Positions 18,683 to 28,234 of a stretch of 44,923 bases of DNA are shown one piece after another. Position 1 is the first letter of the stretch; every line of letters starts with the position of its first letter. This stretch comes from Bacteroidales bacterium. Lineage in GTDB: Bacteria; Bacteroidota; Bacteroidia; Bacteroidales; Bacteroidaceae. The position numbers were made by a program, and so were the translations under genes. The stretch spans positions 1 to 44,923 of the forward strand of contig JAUNIC010000001.1 in NCBI GenBank assembly GCA_030523615.1, written 5' to 3'. The notes under the pieces were generated by a model, which worked only from the letters and a program-made list of their open reading frames with translations, searched no databases and had not been told where the DNA came from.

Positions 18683-18714
18683 CAAAAGTACAACAAAATA
18701 GCGAGACTCGCAAC
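18683..18714 (-). promoter_or_regulatory. Probable promoter for the ECF sigma gene
   Basis: Minus-strand TACTTTTG (18683-18690) with GTTG 20 bp upstream (3 of 4 match to the -33 element). Confidence 0.55.
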
Positions 18715-18817
18715 CCTTTGTTGGATTTTTTTGAAGTTACGGTGCTTATTTTTGTTAAAAGGAGCGAAAAGTGTGTGTTTTTCTGTGCGAAATAATGGTT
18801 GTCTGCCAAATGTTTCG

Positions 18818-18825
18818 TATATTTG
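18818..18825 (+). promoter_or_regulatory. -7 element for the M28/DUF3108 operon
   Basis: TATATTTG ending 26 nt before the ATG at 18852; no clear -33 element. Confidence 0.5.
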
Positions 18826-18851
18826 CAGTTGTTAAAACAACAATCGAAGTC

Positions 18852-19895
18852 ATGCGTAAATCACTTTCAATGGCGCTCCTCGTTGGCGCGCTCCTTTTTC
18901 CTGCCGTTTCATGGGGCAAGATGCCCAAGAAGAAGGTGGAGAATCCGTCTGTAGAGGCTTGCTTACGCGGCCTTGCCACCATCAATCAGACAAGTGCCGA
19001 AGCCATCGTTGGTTTTCTGGCCAGTGACGCTCTCGAAGGCCGCGAAGCCGGCTACAATACATCGTTCATCGCTGCCGAGTACATGGTAAGCCAGCTCCGT
19101 GAAGCAGGTCTTGAGCCCCTCGACGGTGCATACAAGCATCCCTTCTTTGCCGTTCAGCCCGCTGGCACACGACGTCCCCAGAATCGATGGGAGGTGCAGG
19201 CCGATAGTGTGGCTAAGGTACAGAAGGGCCCCTACCGCCAGATGAACATGGTGAATGTTTTCGGCGTAATTCCTGGTGAGCTCGAGAATGAGTACGTAAT
19301 CGTCGGTGCCCATCGCGATCATTGGGGCAAAGACGATTGGAAAGTGGGCGACCAGATCTACAATGGTGCCGACGATAACGCCTCTGGTGTAAGTTGCGCG
19401 CTTCAGATAGCCCGTGCAATGATGGCCAGTGGTATGAAGCCCAAGCGCACGGTGATCTTTGCCTTCTGGGACGGTGAAGAGAAGGGTCTGCTCGGTAGCA
19501 CCCACTTTGTTGAAACCTGGAAGCACATGCCCGAGGTGAAGGCTTACCTCAACTTCGATATGGCTGGTGGTTGCAACCCCGACAACCCTGATTATGTGAA
19601 GGTGATCTACACGAAGTACAATGATGCCTTTGCACGCTGGATACGTTCCGACAAGGAGGAACTGGCTTTTGGCTTCAACCTCGATCTGCGCGACGTGGAT
19701 TATGATTGCGGCGGCAGCGACCAGCAGAATTTCGGCCGTTTTGAGATTCCCTATATCTGGTATCACACCGATTGGACCCCTTACTATCATCAGGTAACGG
19801 ACCAAGTAGAGACCGTAAATTGGACGAAGCTTGTAGAAGTGGCCAAAGCCAGCTATCTCAACGCTTGGCGTCTGGCCAACGAAGAGGCTTACTAA
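18852..19895 (+). CDS. M28 family metallopeptidase, exported
   Basis: IVGAHRDH, NGADDNASG, WDGEEKGLLGS, NFDM, GSDQ and YHQVTD motifs; signal peptide begins at 18852. Confidence 0.92.
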   Translation: MRKSLSMALLVGALLFPAVSWGKMPKKKVENPSVEACLRGLATINQTSAEAIVGFLASDALEGREAGYNTSFIAAEYMVSQLREAGLEPLDGAYKHPFFAVQPAGTRRPQNRWEVQADSVAKVQKGPYRQMNMVNVFGVIPGELENEYVIVGAHRDHWGKDDWKVGDQIYNGADDNASGVSCALQIARAMMASGMKPKRTVIFAFWDGEEKGLLGSTHFVETWKHMPEVKAYLNFDMAGGCNPDNPDYVKVIYTKYNDAFARWIRSDKEELAFGFNLDLRDVDYDCGGSDQQNFGRFEIPYIWYHTDWTPYYHQVTDQVETVNWTKLVEVAKASYLNAWRLANEEAY

Positions 19896-19920
19896 AAGAA
19901 CACACGCAATAGCTTAAGAT

Positions 19921-20727
19921 ATGAAAAAACTGCTAACACTGCTCCTGCTTTTCATCGTTGGTATGACAGGTATGGCGCAAGCTCCTGTGACGAACACGGC
20001 GTTCAAAAATGGCGAGGTGCTGAAGTATACGCTCCGCTTCAGCGTAGGACCTGCCTGGATGGACGTAGGCACAGCCGAATGGCGTGTTGCTGCCGGTACC
20101 TATAATGGTCAAAGCGGCCACAAAGTGACGGTAAGAACTATGACAAACAGCCGTGCCGATCGATATTTCGTCTTGCGCGATACTATGGTGACTTATGTGA
20201 CTCCGAAGCTCGTGCCTCTCTACTTTGACAAAAAAGGCCGAGAAGGCAAGCGTTATAAGCGCGACTGGGTAAAGTATAGTTATAGCGGTGGCCAGTGTCA
20301 CGTTAATAGTTGGCACCGTACCGACAAGAATACCCCGAAAACGTGCAACTACAATAGCAAGACGTGTGCTTACGACATGGTGTCGATGATGATTCGCGCC
20401 CGCAGCCTCGACGCTTCGAAGTGGCAGGTTGGTCACCGCGAGTCTTTCATTTTGGCCGATGGCAAGCATTGTACGAAGCAGGCTTTTGTCTACCGCGGCA
20501 AACAGACCATTAAGCTCGACGGTACGAAAACGAAATATCGCTGTCTCGTTTTCTCTTACATGGATACGGAAGACGGCAAGGAGAGTGAGCTGGTAAAGTT
20601 CTACATCTCTGACGATGCCAACCATCTGCCTGTGCGTCTTGACATGAATTTCCGCTTCGGCAGCGCAAAAGCTTTCCTTACCTCTGCTACAGGTCTGCGC
20701 AATGCCCAGACGTCCAAGGTCCAGTAG
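19921..20727 (+). CDS. DUF3108-like exported protein
   Basis: Signal peptide; AFKNGEVLKY, YDMVS and ISDDANHLPVRL...FGSAKA motifs. Confidence 0.75.
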   Translation: MKKLLTLLLLFIVGMTGMAQAPVTNTAFKNGEVLKYTLRFSVGPAWMDVGTAEWRVAAGTYNGQSGHKVTVRTMTNSRADRYFVLRDTMVTYVTPKLVPLYFDKKGREGKRYKRDWVKYSYSGGQCHVNSWHRTDKNTPKTCNYNSKTCAYDMVSMMIRARSLDASKWQVGHRESFILADGKHCTKQAFVYRGKQTIKLDGTKTKYRCLVFSYMDTEDGKESELVKFYISDDANHLPVRLDMNFRFGSAKAFLTSATGLRNAQTSKVQ

Positions 20728-20744
20728 TTGAGTAGAGTAGAGTA

Positions 20745-20767
20745 ACCTCTGCAAAAAACGTAGAGGT
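20745..20767. terminator. Hairpin after the DUF3108 gene
   Basis: ACCTCTGC-AAAAAAC-GTAGAGGT, preceded by (GAGTA)x3; the U-tract is weak. Confidence 0.4.
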
Positions 20768-20849
20768 AAGGCTTATTAAAAATTTTTCTTGATAGAAATA
20801 CAATATTATTCATATAGTTGCGTTATATAGGTAGAAACGTAATAAAAAA

Positions 20850-21008
20850 ATGCCTATGACGCAAACATTTACTCCTACAACTCAGGGTCTTAGCGCCCAA
20901 ACTATCGACTTCCTGCGCCAGTTTGCGCGCAACTACAAGCCCCAGCGCCGCATCGGACGGTACATCATACTCCGTGACGACGAAAGTAAGGTGCTTGGTG
21001 AAAGCTAA
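20850..21008 (+). CDS. Small hypothetical protein, 52 aa (not in the ORF track)
   Basis: [52 protein letters not shown]; A-rich initiation region, near-consensus promoter (CTTG-N21-TATAGTTG) and coding-like GC content. Confidence 0.65.
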   Translation: MPMTQTFTPTTQGLSAQTIDFLRQFARNYKPQRRIGRYIILRDDESKVLGES

Positions 21009-21067
21009 AAGTCGTGTGTTTGCACTTTCAACATGACGTGCTATTGACTCTTGAACCTCATTTCCAC

Positions 21068-22243
21068 ATGAAGAAAATCCTCCTTCTCGGTTCTGGCGAA
21101 CTCGGTAAAGAGTTCGTAATCGCTGCCCAGCGTCTCGGGCAGCACGTTGTGGCTTGCGACAGCTATCCTGGAGCTCCTGCTATGCAGGTAGCTGACGAGT
21201 GCGAAGTATTCTCGATGCTAGACGGCAGTGCCCTTGATGCAGCTGTTGCAAAGCACAAGCCCGATGTGATTATCTGCGAGATTGAAGCCATCCGCACCGA
21301 ACGCCTTTACGACTACGAAAAACAGGGTGTGCGCGTTGTGCCTTCGGCTCGCGCAGTCAATTTCACCATGAACCGCAAGGCTATCCGTGATCTTGCAGCA
21401 AAGGAACTCGGTTTGAAGACTGCAAAGTACTTCTATGCGAAGACCTACGATGAGCTCGTTGAGGCCAGTCGTGAAGTAGGCTTCCCTTGTGTCGTAAAGC
21501 CTCTTATGAGTTCCAGCGGCAAGGGACAGAGTATCGTAAAGAGTGCCGACGAACTTCAGCATGCCTTTGAATATGGTATGGAAGGCAGCCGCGGCGACGT
21601 GAAAGAACTCATCATTGAAGAGTTCATCAAGTTCGACTATGAGATTACTCTCCTCACGGTTACCCAGGACAATGGTAATACTCTTTTCTGTGCTCCTGTA
21701 GGTCATGTGCAGAAGGGTGGCGACTATCGTGAAAGTTTCCAGCCCATGCCCATGAAGGAAGAGCATATCCGTGAAGCTGAGCGCATGGCAAAGGCTGTAA
21801 CCGAAGCTCTTACAGGCTCAGGTATCTGGGGCGTGGAATTCTTCGTTAGTGAGTCCAACGGTGTATATTTCAGCGAACTTTCACCTCGTCCCCACGATAC
21901 CGGTATGGTGACGCTGGCCGGCACTCAGAACTTTAACGAGTTTGAGTTACATTGCCGCGCTGCACTTGGTCTGCCCATTCCCTGCATCAAGCCTCTCCGT
22001 AAAGGTGCCAGCGCTGTTGTTCTAAGCGGTATTACCCCCGAACAGATGGAAGGTACCGTTCCTCAGTTCCGTGGTGTAGAACAGACTTGTGAAGAGGATG
22101 CTGACGTTCGTCTTTTCGGCAAGCCCACCGTACGCCTGAATCGTCGCATGGGTGTGGTTGTCGTTAGCGGCGAGCTCGACAGCGATCTTGACGCTCTGCG
22201 CGACAAGGCCAAGCGCCTTGCCAGCTACGTGGAGGTGTATTAA
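21068..22243 (+). CDS. purT: Formate-dependent phosphoribosylglycinamide formyltransferase
   Basis: [39 protein letters not shown] and RRMGV motifs. Confidence 0.97.
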   Translation: MKKILLLGSGELGKEFVIAAQRLGQHVVACDSYPGAPAMQVADECEVFSMLDGSALDAAVAKHKPDVIICEIEAIRTERLYDYEKQGVRVVPSARAVNFTMNRKAIRDLAAKELGLKTAKYFYAKTYDELVEASREVGFPCVVKPLMSSSGKGQSIVKSADELQHAFEYGMEGSRGDVKELIIEEFIKFDYEITLLTVTQDNGNTLFCAPVGHVQKGGDYRESFQPMPMKEEHIREAERMAKAVTEALTGSGIWGVEFFVSESNGVYFSELSPRPHDTGMVTLAGTQNFNEFELHCRAALGLPIPCIKPLRKGASAVVLSGITPEQMEGTVPQFRGVEQTCEEDADVRLFGKPTVRLNRRMGVVVVSGELDSDLDALRDKAKRLASYVEVY

Positions 22244-22269
22244 TAATGTAATTCCATCTTTTATCTGCT

Positions 22270-22319
22270 TATACAAGCATCGGATGACTGTTGTCTTCTG
22301 GTGCTTGTATATTCTTTTC
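22270..22319 (+). terminator. Intrinsic terminator after purT
   Basis: TATACAAGCATCGGA...TCTGGTGCTTGTATA stem, then TTCTTTTC. Confidence 0.75.
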
Positions 22320-22450
22320 ATTATGCTCTCGCAGTTCTTTTGTGCCTGCATGTTTGGTGTGTTTTGTGTGTATAAAAATACGAGAAAAGTCGTCAGAGGG
22401 CCTAAAAACGGCTTTAAAAGCGATTCGGACGTAAATTTCCTTTTGAAAAA

Positions 22451-22482
22451 TTTGGCGGTATCGCTATTTAAACGTAAATTTG
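22451..22482 (+). promoter_or_regulatory. gyrA promoter
   Basis: TTTG-N20-TAAATTTG, exact consensus. Confidence 0.8.
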
Positions 22483-22558
22483 CAGCCAAAATTCACGCGT
22501 GCGTGCGCACGTATATGTATAAATGTGCGCTGACGCCAAGACAAAACAAAACACAGAA

Positions 22559-25156
22559 ATGTTAGAACCCCAAGACAGAATCAAACAAGTCAACATTGAG
22601 GAGGAAATGAAGTCCTCCTACATCGACTACTCCATGTCGGTCATTGTGAGCCGTGCGCTTCCTGACATCCGCGATGGATTCAAGCCTGTGCACCGCCGCA
22701 TCCTTTACGGTATGTGGGACATGGGTATCACTCACGAAAAGGCTACTCGTAAGTCGGCTGCAGTAGTGGGTGAAGTTCTCGGTAAGTATCACCCCCACGG
22801 CGATAGCTCCGTATACGGTGCTCTCGTCCGTATGGCTCAGCCTTGGGCCATGCGTTATCCCCTCGTTATCGGCCAGGGTAACTTTGGCTCGATGGACGGC
22901 GACGGTGCGGCTGCAATGCGATACACCGAAGCAAAGCTCTCTCTCACTGGTGAGATGATGATGCAGGACATCGAGAAGGAAACTGTGGATATGGTGCCCA
23001 ACTACGATAACCGCATCCTCGAACCCTCAGTCCTTCCCACCCGCATTCCCTCGTTCCTCGTGAATGGTGCAACCGGTATTGCTGTTGGTATGGCGACGAA
23101 TGTGCCTACCCATAACCTCAGTGAGGTAATCGATGGCTGCGTAGCTTACATCGACAATCCTGATATCGATACCGACGGCCTCATGGAGCATATCAAGGGC
23201 CCCGATTTCCCTACCGGCGCCTACATCATGGGTACCGATGGCATTCGTTCTGCTTATGAGACGGGCCGTGGTCGCGTCATCATGCGAGCAAAGGCTGAAA
23301 TCGAAGCCGGTGCGCTCCACGATAAGATTGTCGTCAGCGCTGTTCCTTATGGTACGAACACCGCCGACCTCTGCCGCAATATCGCTGCATTGGCCAAGGA
23401 TCTCAAGGTGGACGGCATCAGTAACGTGAATGACGAGAGCGACCGCGAAGGTATGCGCATCGTTGTTGACGTGAAGCGCGGTTTCAACGCTAATGTTGTC
23501 CTCAATAAGCTCTATAAGCTTACAGGTCTGCAGACTTCTTTCGCTGTCAATACCATTGCCCTCGTTCCTATACCCGGTACGTCACCCGTGAAGATGCGTC
23601 CTGCACTCCTTACTCTCAAGGACTGCATTCGCTATTTCGTAGAGCACCGTCACGACGTGGTTATCCGTCGCACCAAGTACGAGCTCCGCAAGGCTCAGGA
23701 ACGCGCACACATCCTCGAAGGTCTTATCATTGCCAGCGACAACATCGACGAGGTGGTACACATCATTCGTTCCAGCCGCAATCCTCAGGCTGCAATCGAA
23801 GGCCTCATGCAGCGCTTCGGGCTTGACGAGATCCAGGCTAAGGCTATTGTCGAGATGCGTTTGCGTCAGCTCACCGGACTCCTTCAGGAAGAACTCCACG
23901 CCGAGTACGAAGAACTCATGCAGAAGATCGCTTACTACGAGCAGATCCTTTCCGATCCTGAACTCTGCAAGAAGGTCATGAAGGACGAGCTTATCGAAGT
24001 CAAGGAGAAGTATGGCGACGATCGCAAGACCGAAATCATCCAGGGCGGCATCAACTTCAACGCTGAAGACTTCTACTCTGACGACGACGTTGTCATCACC
24101 CTCTCTCACCTCGGCTACATCAAGCGTACGAAGCTTGACGAGTTCAAGGCCCAGGGCCGCGGTGGCGTAGGTGCCAAGGGTAGCACGGCACGTGATTCCG
24201 ACTTCATCGAAAACATCTATAAGGCTTCGTTGCACAACACGATGCTTTTCTTCACCGACAAGGGCCGCTGCTATTGGCTCAAGGTTTGGGAAATCGAAGA
24301 AGGCACTCGCACCTCAAAGGGTCGTGCCATCCAGAATATGCTCAACATCGAGAGCGACGATCGCATCAATGCTATCCTCCATATCCGTAAGCTCAAGGAC
24401 GAAGATTTCTGCCAGAGCCATTACGTTGTATTTGCTACAGAGCGCGGTGTAATCAAGAAGACTTGCCTCAGCGAGTATAGCCGTCCCCGCACGAATGGTG
24501 TCAATGCCATCAATATCAATGAAGGCGACCGCCTGATCGGTGTAGAACTCACTAACGGTCACGACGAAATCATCATGGCTAACCGCAATGGTCGCGCTAT
24601 CCGCTTCAACGAAGATACGATTCGCACCATGGGCCGCAACGCTACTGGCGTCCGTGGTATGCACCTTGATGGTCCTGACGATGCTATCATCGGTATGGTG
24701 AAGGTTAACGATCCTGAAAATGAGAGCATTCTCGTTGTTAGTGACAAGGGCTTCGGTAAGCGCTCCATTGTAACTGACTATCGCAAGACCGGTCGCGGCG
24801 CAAAGGGTGTGAAGACGCTCAATATCACCGATAAGACCGGTGGAGTTGTAGCCATCAAGAGTGTTACCGAAGATCAGGATCTCATGATCATCAACAAGAG
24901 CGGTATCACACTTCGTCTGAAGGTCGTTGACGTACGCCAGTGCGGACGTGCTACACAGGGCGTGAAACTCATCAACCTCACGAAGCGTAACGATGTGATT
25001 TCAAGCGTTTGTCTTGTTCCCACTGAAGAGGAAGAAGAAATCGAAGAAACAATCGAAGGAGCAGAAGTTGTAGAAAGCGCAGCAAACCAGAATGTCGACG
25101 ATTCCACCGTAACGGCTGAAGACGAAACTGCAGAAACAACTCCTGACAACGAATAA
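22559..25156 (+). CDS. gyrA: DNA gyrase subunit A
   Basis: RALPDIRDGFKPVHRR, YHPHGDSS, AAMRYTE, GyrA-box QGRGGVG, beta-pinwheel repeats and an acidic tail. Confidence 0.98.
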   Translation: MLEPQDRIKQVNIEEEMKSSYIDYSMSVIVSRALPDIRDGFKPVHRRILYGMWDMGITHEKATRKSAAVVGEVLGKYHPHGDSSVYGALVRMAQPWAMRYPLVIGQGNFGSMDGDGAAAMRYTEAKLSLTGEMMMQDIEKETVDMVPNYDNRILEPSVLPTRIPSFLVNGATGIAVGMATNVPTHNLSEVIDGCVAYIDNPDIDTDGLMEHIKGPDFPTGAYIMGTDGIRSAYETGRGRVIMRAKAEIEAGALHDKIVVSAVPYGTNTADLCRNIAALAKDLKVDGISNVNDESDREGMRIVVDVKRGFNANVVLNKLYKLTGLQTSFAVNTIALVPIPGTSPVKMRPALLTLKDCIRYFVEHRHDVVIRRTKYELRKAQERAHILEGLIIASDNIDEVVHIIRSSRNPQAAIEGLMQRFGLDEIQAKAIVEMRLRQLTGLLQEELHAEYEELMQKIAYYEQILSDPELCKKVMKDELIEVKEKYGDDRKTEIIQGGINFNAEDFYSDDDVVITLSHLGYIKRTKLDEFKAQGRGGVGAKGSTARDSDFIENIYKASLHNTMLFFTDKGRCYWLKVWEIEEGTRTSKGRAIQNMLNIESDDRINAILHIRKLKDEDFCQSHYVVFATERGVIKKTCLSEYSRPRTNGVNAININEGDRLIGVELTNGHDEIIMANRNGRAIRFNEDTIRTMGRNATGVRGMHLDGPDDAIIGMVKVNDPENESILVVSDKGFGKRSIVTDYRKTGRGAKGVKTLNITDKTGGVVAIKSVTEDQDLMIINKSGITLRLKVVDVRQCGRATQGVKLINLTKRNDVISSVCLVPTEEEEEIEETIEGAEVVESAANQNVDDSTVTAEDETAETTPDNE

Positions 25157-25201
25157 ACAAGCAAAATAATAACAATTAACCATTTAATAATTCAAAACAC
25201 T

Positions 25202-26524
25202 ATGAAGAAATTCCTTTCTTTGGCAGTATTTGCACTCTGTGCTTCTGCTGCAATGGCTCAGAGCTCTAAGGCTGCCCTCATGATGCAGGAAGGCAAGTTC
25301 GAAGCTGCTATCCCCGTCATCGAAGCTGAAATCCAGAAGGTAACAGCTGACGCTAAGGCCGCTTCTGACAAGGCTGCTGCAAAGGGCAAGCCCTTCGATG
25401 CTTCCAAGTTCAACGACAAGTATGCCGGCCTCTACAATCAGGGTGCTCAGGCTTGGGCTCAGGTGTTCACTCCCGAACTTATGCACGCAGCTCAGAGCGA
25501 ACCTCTCGACACCGCTCGTTTCATCAACTCACTCGACAAGATGGTTGACTACGGCAATCTTTCTTACCAGTACGACAACACCCCCAACGCAAAGGGCAAG
25601 GTAAAGGGTAAGTTCAATGCCGACAACTACCGCTTAGTTAGCAGCTGCCTCGACTACTATTTCTACGCTGGTTACTTCCTCAGCAACACCGATAAGGCTG
25701 GCGCTGCAAAGTACTTCCAGAAGCACCTCGATCTCCCCAACTCACCCATATTCGCAAGCAAGCGTGACAGCATCCTCAATGCAAAGCGCGACAACTACGA
25801 GCAGTGCTCTTACTATGCTTGCATCCTCAACTACGAACTCGAGCGCTACGACGCTGTTCTTAAGGGTGTTGAAGCTGGTCTCAACAATCCTGAGTATGCT
25901 TCCGACCTCTACTTCATGAAGGCTGAGAGCGCCCTCAAGACCACTGGCGACTCTGCCGCTTATATCGGTGTGATCAAGGAAGCTGTAAACCGTCTTGAAG
26001 ACAACAGCCGTTTCTGCGAGACCCTCCTCGGCTACTACTATCAGAAGATGGACGCTGAAGGTGCCCACGACGCTGTTGACGAACTTCTCGTTCGCAACAA
26101 CTGCGCTATGACCAACTACATGAAGGGTTGTGTTTATATGAACATTGAGCGCAAGTTCCCCGAGGCTCGCGAGTATTTCCTCCGTGCTCTTCAGTTCGAT
26201 CCCAACGATTCCAACTCAAACGGTAACATGGCCTTCGCATTCATCAACGAAGCACGTGAGCGTCGTCTCAATGGTGAGTATCCCCTTCTTGACCGTAAGA
26301 ACATCACTGGTGACGCTCTCCTCGCTAAGTACAATGCTCAGCTCGAAGAGTTCCGCGGCTTCTATCGTGAGGCTCTTCCCTACATGGAGAAGTATCGCGA
26401 GCTTCAGCCCGAGAAGAGCAAGACTTGGGCTCCCGCTCTCCAGCAGATTTATGCAAACCTCGGTATGCAGGCAGAAGCTGATGCTATGGACGAAATCATG
26501 GCTAACAACGCTCGCGGCCTTTAA
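25202..26524 (+). CDS. Exported TPR-like protein
   Basis: Signal peptide, helical Tyr/Ala-rich repeats (AREYFLRALQFDPN) and a C-terminal ALPYMEKYREL.P...WAPAL segment. Confidence 0.8.
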   Translation: MKKFLSLAVFALCASAAMAQSSKAALMMQEGKFEAAIPVIEAEIQKVTADAKAASDKAAAKGKPFDASKFNDKYAGLYNQGAQAWAQVFTPELMHAAQSEPLDTARFINSLDKMVDYGNLSYQYDNTPNAKGKVKGKFNADNYRLVSSCLDYYFYAGYFLSNTDKAGAAKYFQKHLDLPNSPIFASKRDSILNAKRDNYEQCSYYACILNYELERYDAVLKGVEAGLNNPEYASDLYFMKAESALKTTGDSAAYIGVIKEAVNRLEDNSRFCETLLGYYYQKMDAEGAHDAVDELLVRNNCAMTNYMKGCVYMNIERKFPEAREYFLRALQFDPNDSNSNGNMAFAFINEARERRLNGEYPLLDRKNITGDALLAKYNAQLEEFRGFYREALPYMEKYRELQPEKSKTWAPALQQIYANLGMQAEADAMDEIMANNARGL

Positions 26525-26617
26525 TCCAGAAAAGACCATACCAACGACTGTACTGACAGAGCAGATATCCTACATCGTGAGTCGCTGATCAGTGCAGCCC
26601 AAGGACCTACATCACAC

Positions 26618-26650
26618 AATGCAGGGACGCGCTTGTCGTGTCCCTGCATT
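26618..26650. repeat. 14-bp inverted repeat (REP-like hairpin)
   Basis: AATGCAGGGACGCG-CTTGT-CGTGTCCCTGCATT; no U-tract. Confidence 0.65.
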
Positions 26651-26796
26651 ACCCGCACGACTAACAGACTCAACTCCATTTCGGCATCCGTACCCACCCC
26701 CGTGCGCTACAATTCGGATGCTTTACATTTACGCGCGCAACGCGCTCAGGAACAGACGTTGCCGCTCAAAATACAAAACAACCAACACATAGAGAA

Positions 26797-28182
26797 ATGA
26801 TAAAACGACTCTTTCATCTTTTGATTGCTTCACTCATCGTACTGGTGCCGATTATTGCTTCGACACCAGCGCACAAAGACGGCAAGAAACAGATGAAGAC
26901 CATACGCGAACAAATTAAGAACCTAAAGGGCGCCGATGCCCTTAAAAGCATAGAAAATCTGCGCAAAGACAGCGTGTTCACGTGGAATGCACAGCTTCTG
27001 CAATACGGAGTAGAAGCATGCCGAATACTCAACGACAAAGAAAACGAGAAGTTCTACCTCCGTGCCAATCCCGACACCGTAGCCTTCTTCAATACCACAT
27101 ACAACGTCATCAACTACATTCTTCTCACCGACAGTGCCGAACGTCTTGCTGTTGTGCCGACAGACACGCTGCCCAGTGACGAATGTGGAATGCTCGAGCC
27201 TCCCAAGTACAAATATCGCAAGACCAACAAGGAGACGCTGATACACATCTACAAGAATTTCCTTGCTGCGCCGCGCTATTACAACGCCCACTCCAATTGG
27301 GCCGAAACCCAAAGATTCACAGGCTTGGCTATCGATCTTGGCAATTCTCCCTTCATGCAGTCCTTCCGCCAGACGCTGATACCAGCTTCCACCATGACTG
27401 AACTTGCAGTCCTCAACATCAATTCTTGCTATCGCCAGCAGAAGTTCGAGGAAATCGAACGTTATGCTTCGCTCGCTGTGCAAGACTCTGCAAACGCCGA
27501 AAGTATAATCGAGAAACTCGCCTATTGCGAGATTGAGCGTGGAGACTCGGCAGCCTATCGCAGTCGACTTGAAGAAGGCCATTCACGATTCCCCTCCAAC
27601 ATGTTCTTTTTCAGTCGACTCGTCGACGTATATCTCAGAGACGGCAACAATAACGCTGTGCTCAATACGGCCAATGAGACACTCGAATACGTCCTCCACA
27701 CGGCGCAGGATGAGGCAGAACTTTGCGTCATCGATGCTGAAGGACATTACGAACAACCCTCCGATGCACGCGCTCTCGAAGGCGTCAAAGAGAGCGTCTC
27801 ACTCCCTTCTTCCGATATTGCACAAGTCTTCGAAGCCAAAGCCATCTCCTTCCACAACAATGGCAACTCCCGCGCTTGCATCGAGGAAGCCGAGAACATC
27901 TTAAGCTGGAACCCCGAGCATCCACGCGCTGATTTCTATATCGGCGTCAGCTACTACAACCTTGCAGAGAATATCGACATCCCGACACTCGTGAACGATC
28001 CGAATTACCTCAAGGCCACTCGTGAACGAAACCGCATGCTTACTCTCGCTCGTCCTCACCTTGAAGCTTACCGCAAGACAGCCCCTGAAGAATCCGATGT
28101 ATGGGCACCGCTTCTTTATGAAGTCTACCTATATCTCAATCTCGGAGCAGAATTTGAAGAAATATCCAGCTACATACATTGA
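26797..28182 (+). CDS. Exported TPR-like protein, divergent paralog of the upstream gene
   Basis: Signal peptide; shares DT..F.N, ARPHLEAYR...PE....WAPLL and Y..LN segments with the 25202 gene. Confidence 0.75.
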   Translation: MIKRLFHLLIASLIVLVPIIASTPAHKDGKKQMKTIREQIKNLKGADALKSIENLRKDSVFTWNAQLLQYGVEACRILNDKENEKFYLRANPDTVAFFNTTYNVINYILLTDSAERLAVVPTDTLPSDECGMLEPPKYKYRKTNKETLIHIYKNFLAAPRYYNAHSNWAETQRFTGLAIDLGNSPFMQSFRQTLIPASTMTELAVLNINSCYRQQKFEEIERYASLAVQDSANAESIIEKLAYCEIERGDSAAYRSRLEEGHSRFPSNMFFFSRLVDVYLRDGNNNAVLNTANETLEYVLHTAQDEAELCVIDAEGHYEQPSDARALEGVKESVSLPSSDIAQVFEAKAISFHNNGNSRACIEEAENILSWNPEHPRADFYIGVSYYNLAENIDIPTLVNDPNYLKATRERNRMLTLARPHLEAYRKTAPEESDVWAPLLYEVYLYLNLGAEFEEISSYIH

Positions 28183-28234
28183 CAGAATCCCATTAGAGAC
28201 CATCGTAAAAACTAACCAATAGCGGTCGAAGAAA

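Noticed and set aside
21009-21067. ZTP or purine riboswitch upstream of purT
   Set aside because: The gap is only 59 nt with one small hairpin, and the conserved aptamer sequences are absent.
22790-22830. Quinolone-resistance mutation in the gyrA QRDR (HGDSSVYGAL)
   Set aside because: The Ser83-equivalent residue is intact. The non-acidic residue at the 87-equivalent position is, from recall, natural in Bacteroidales.
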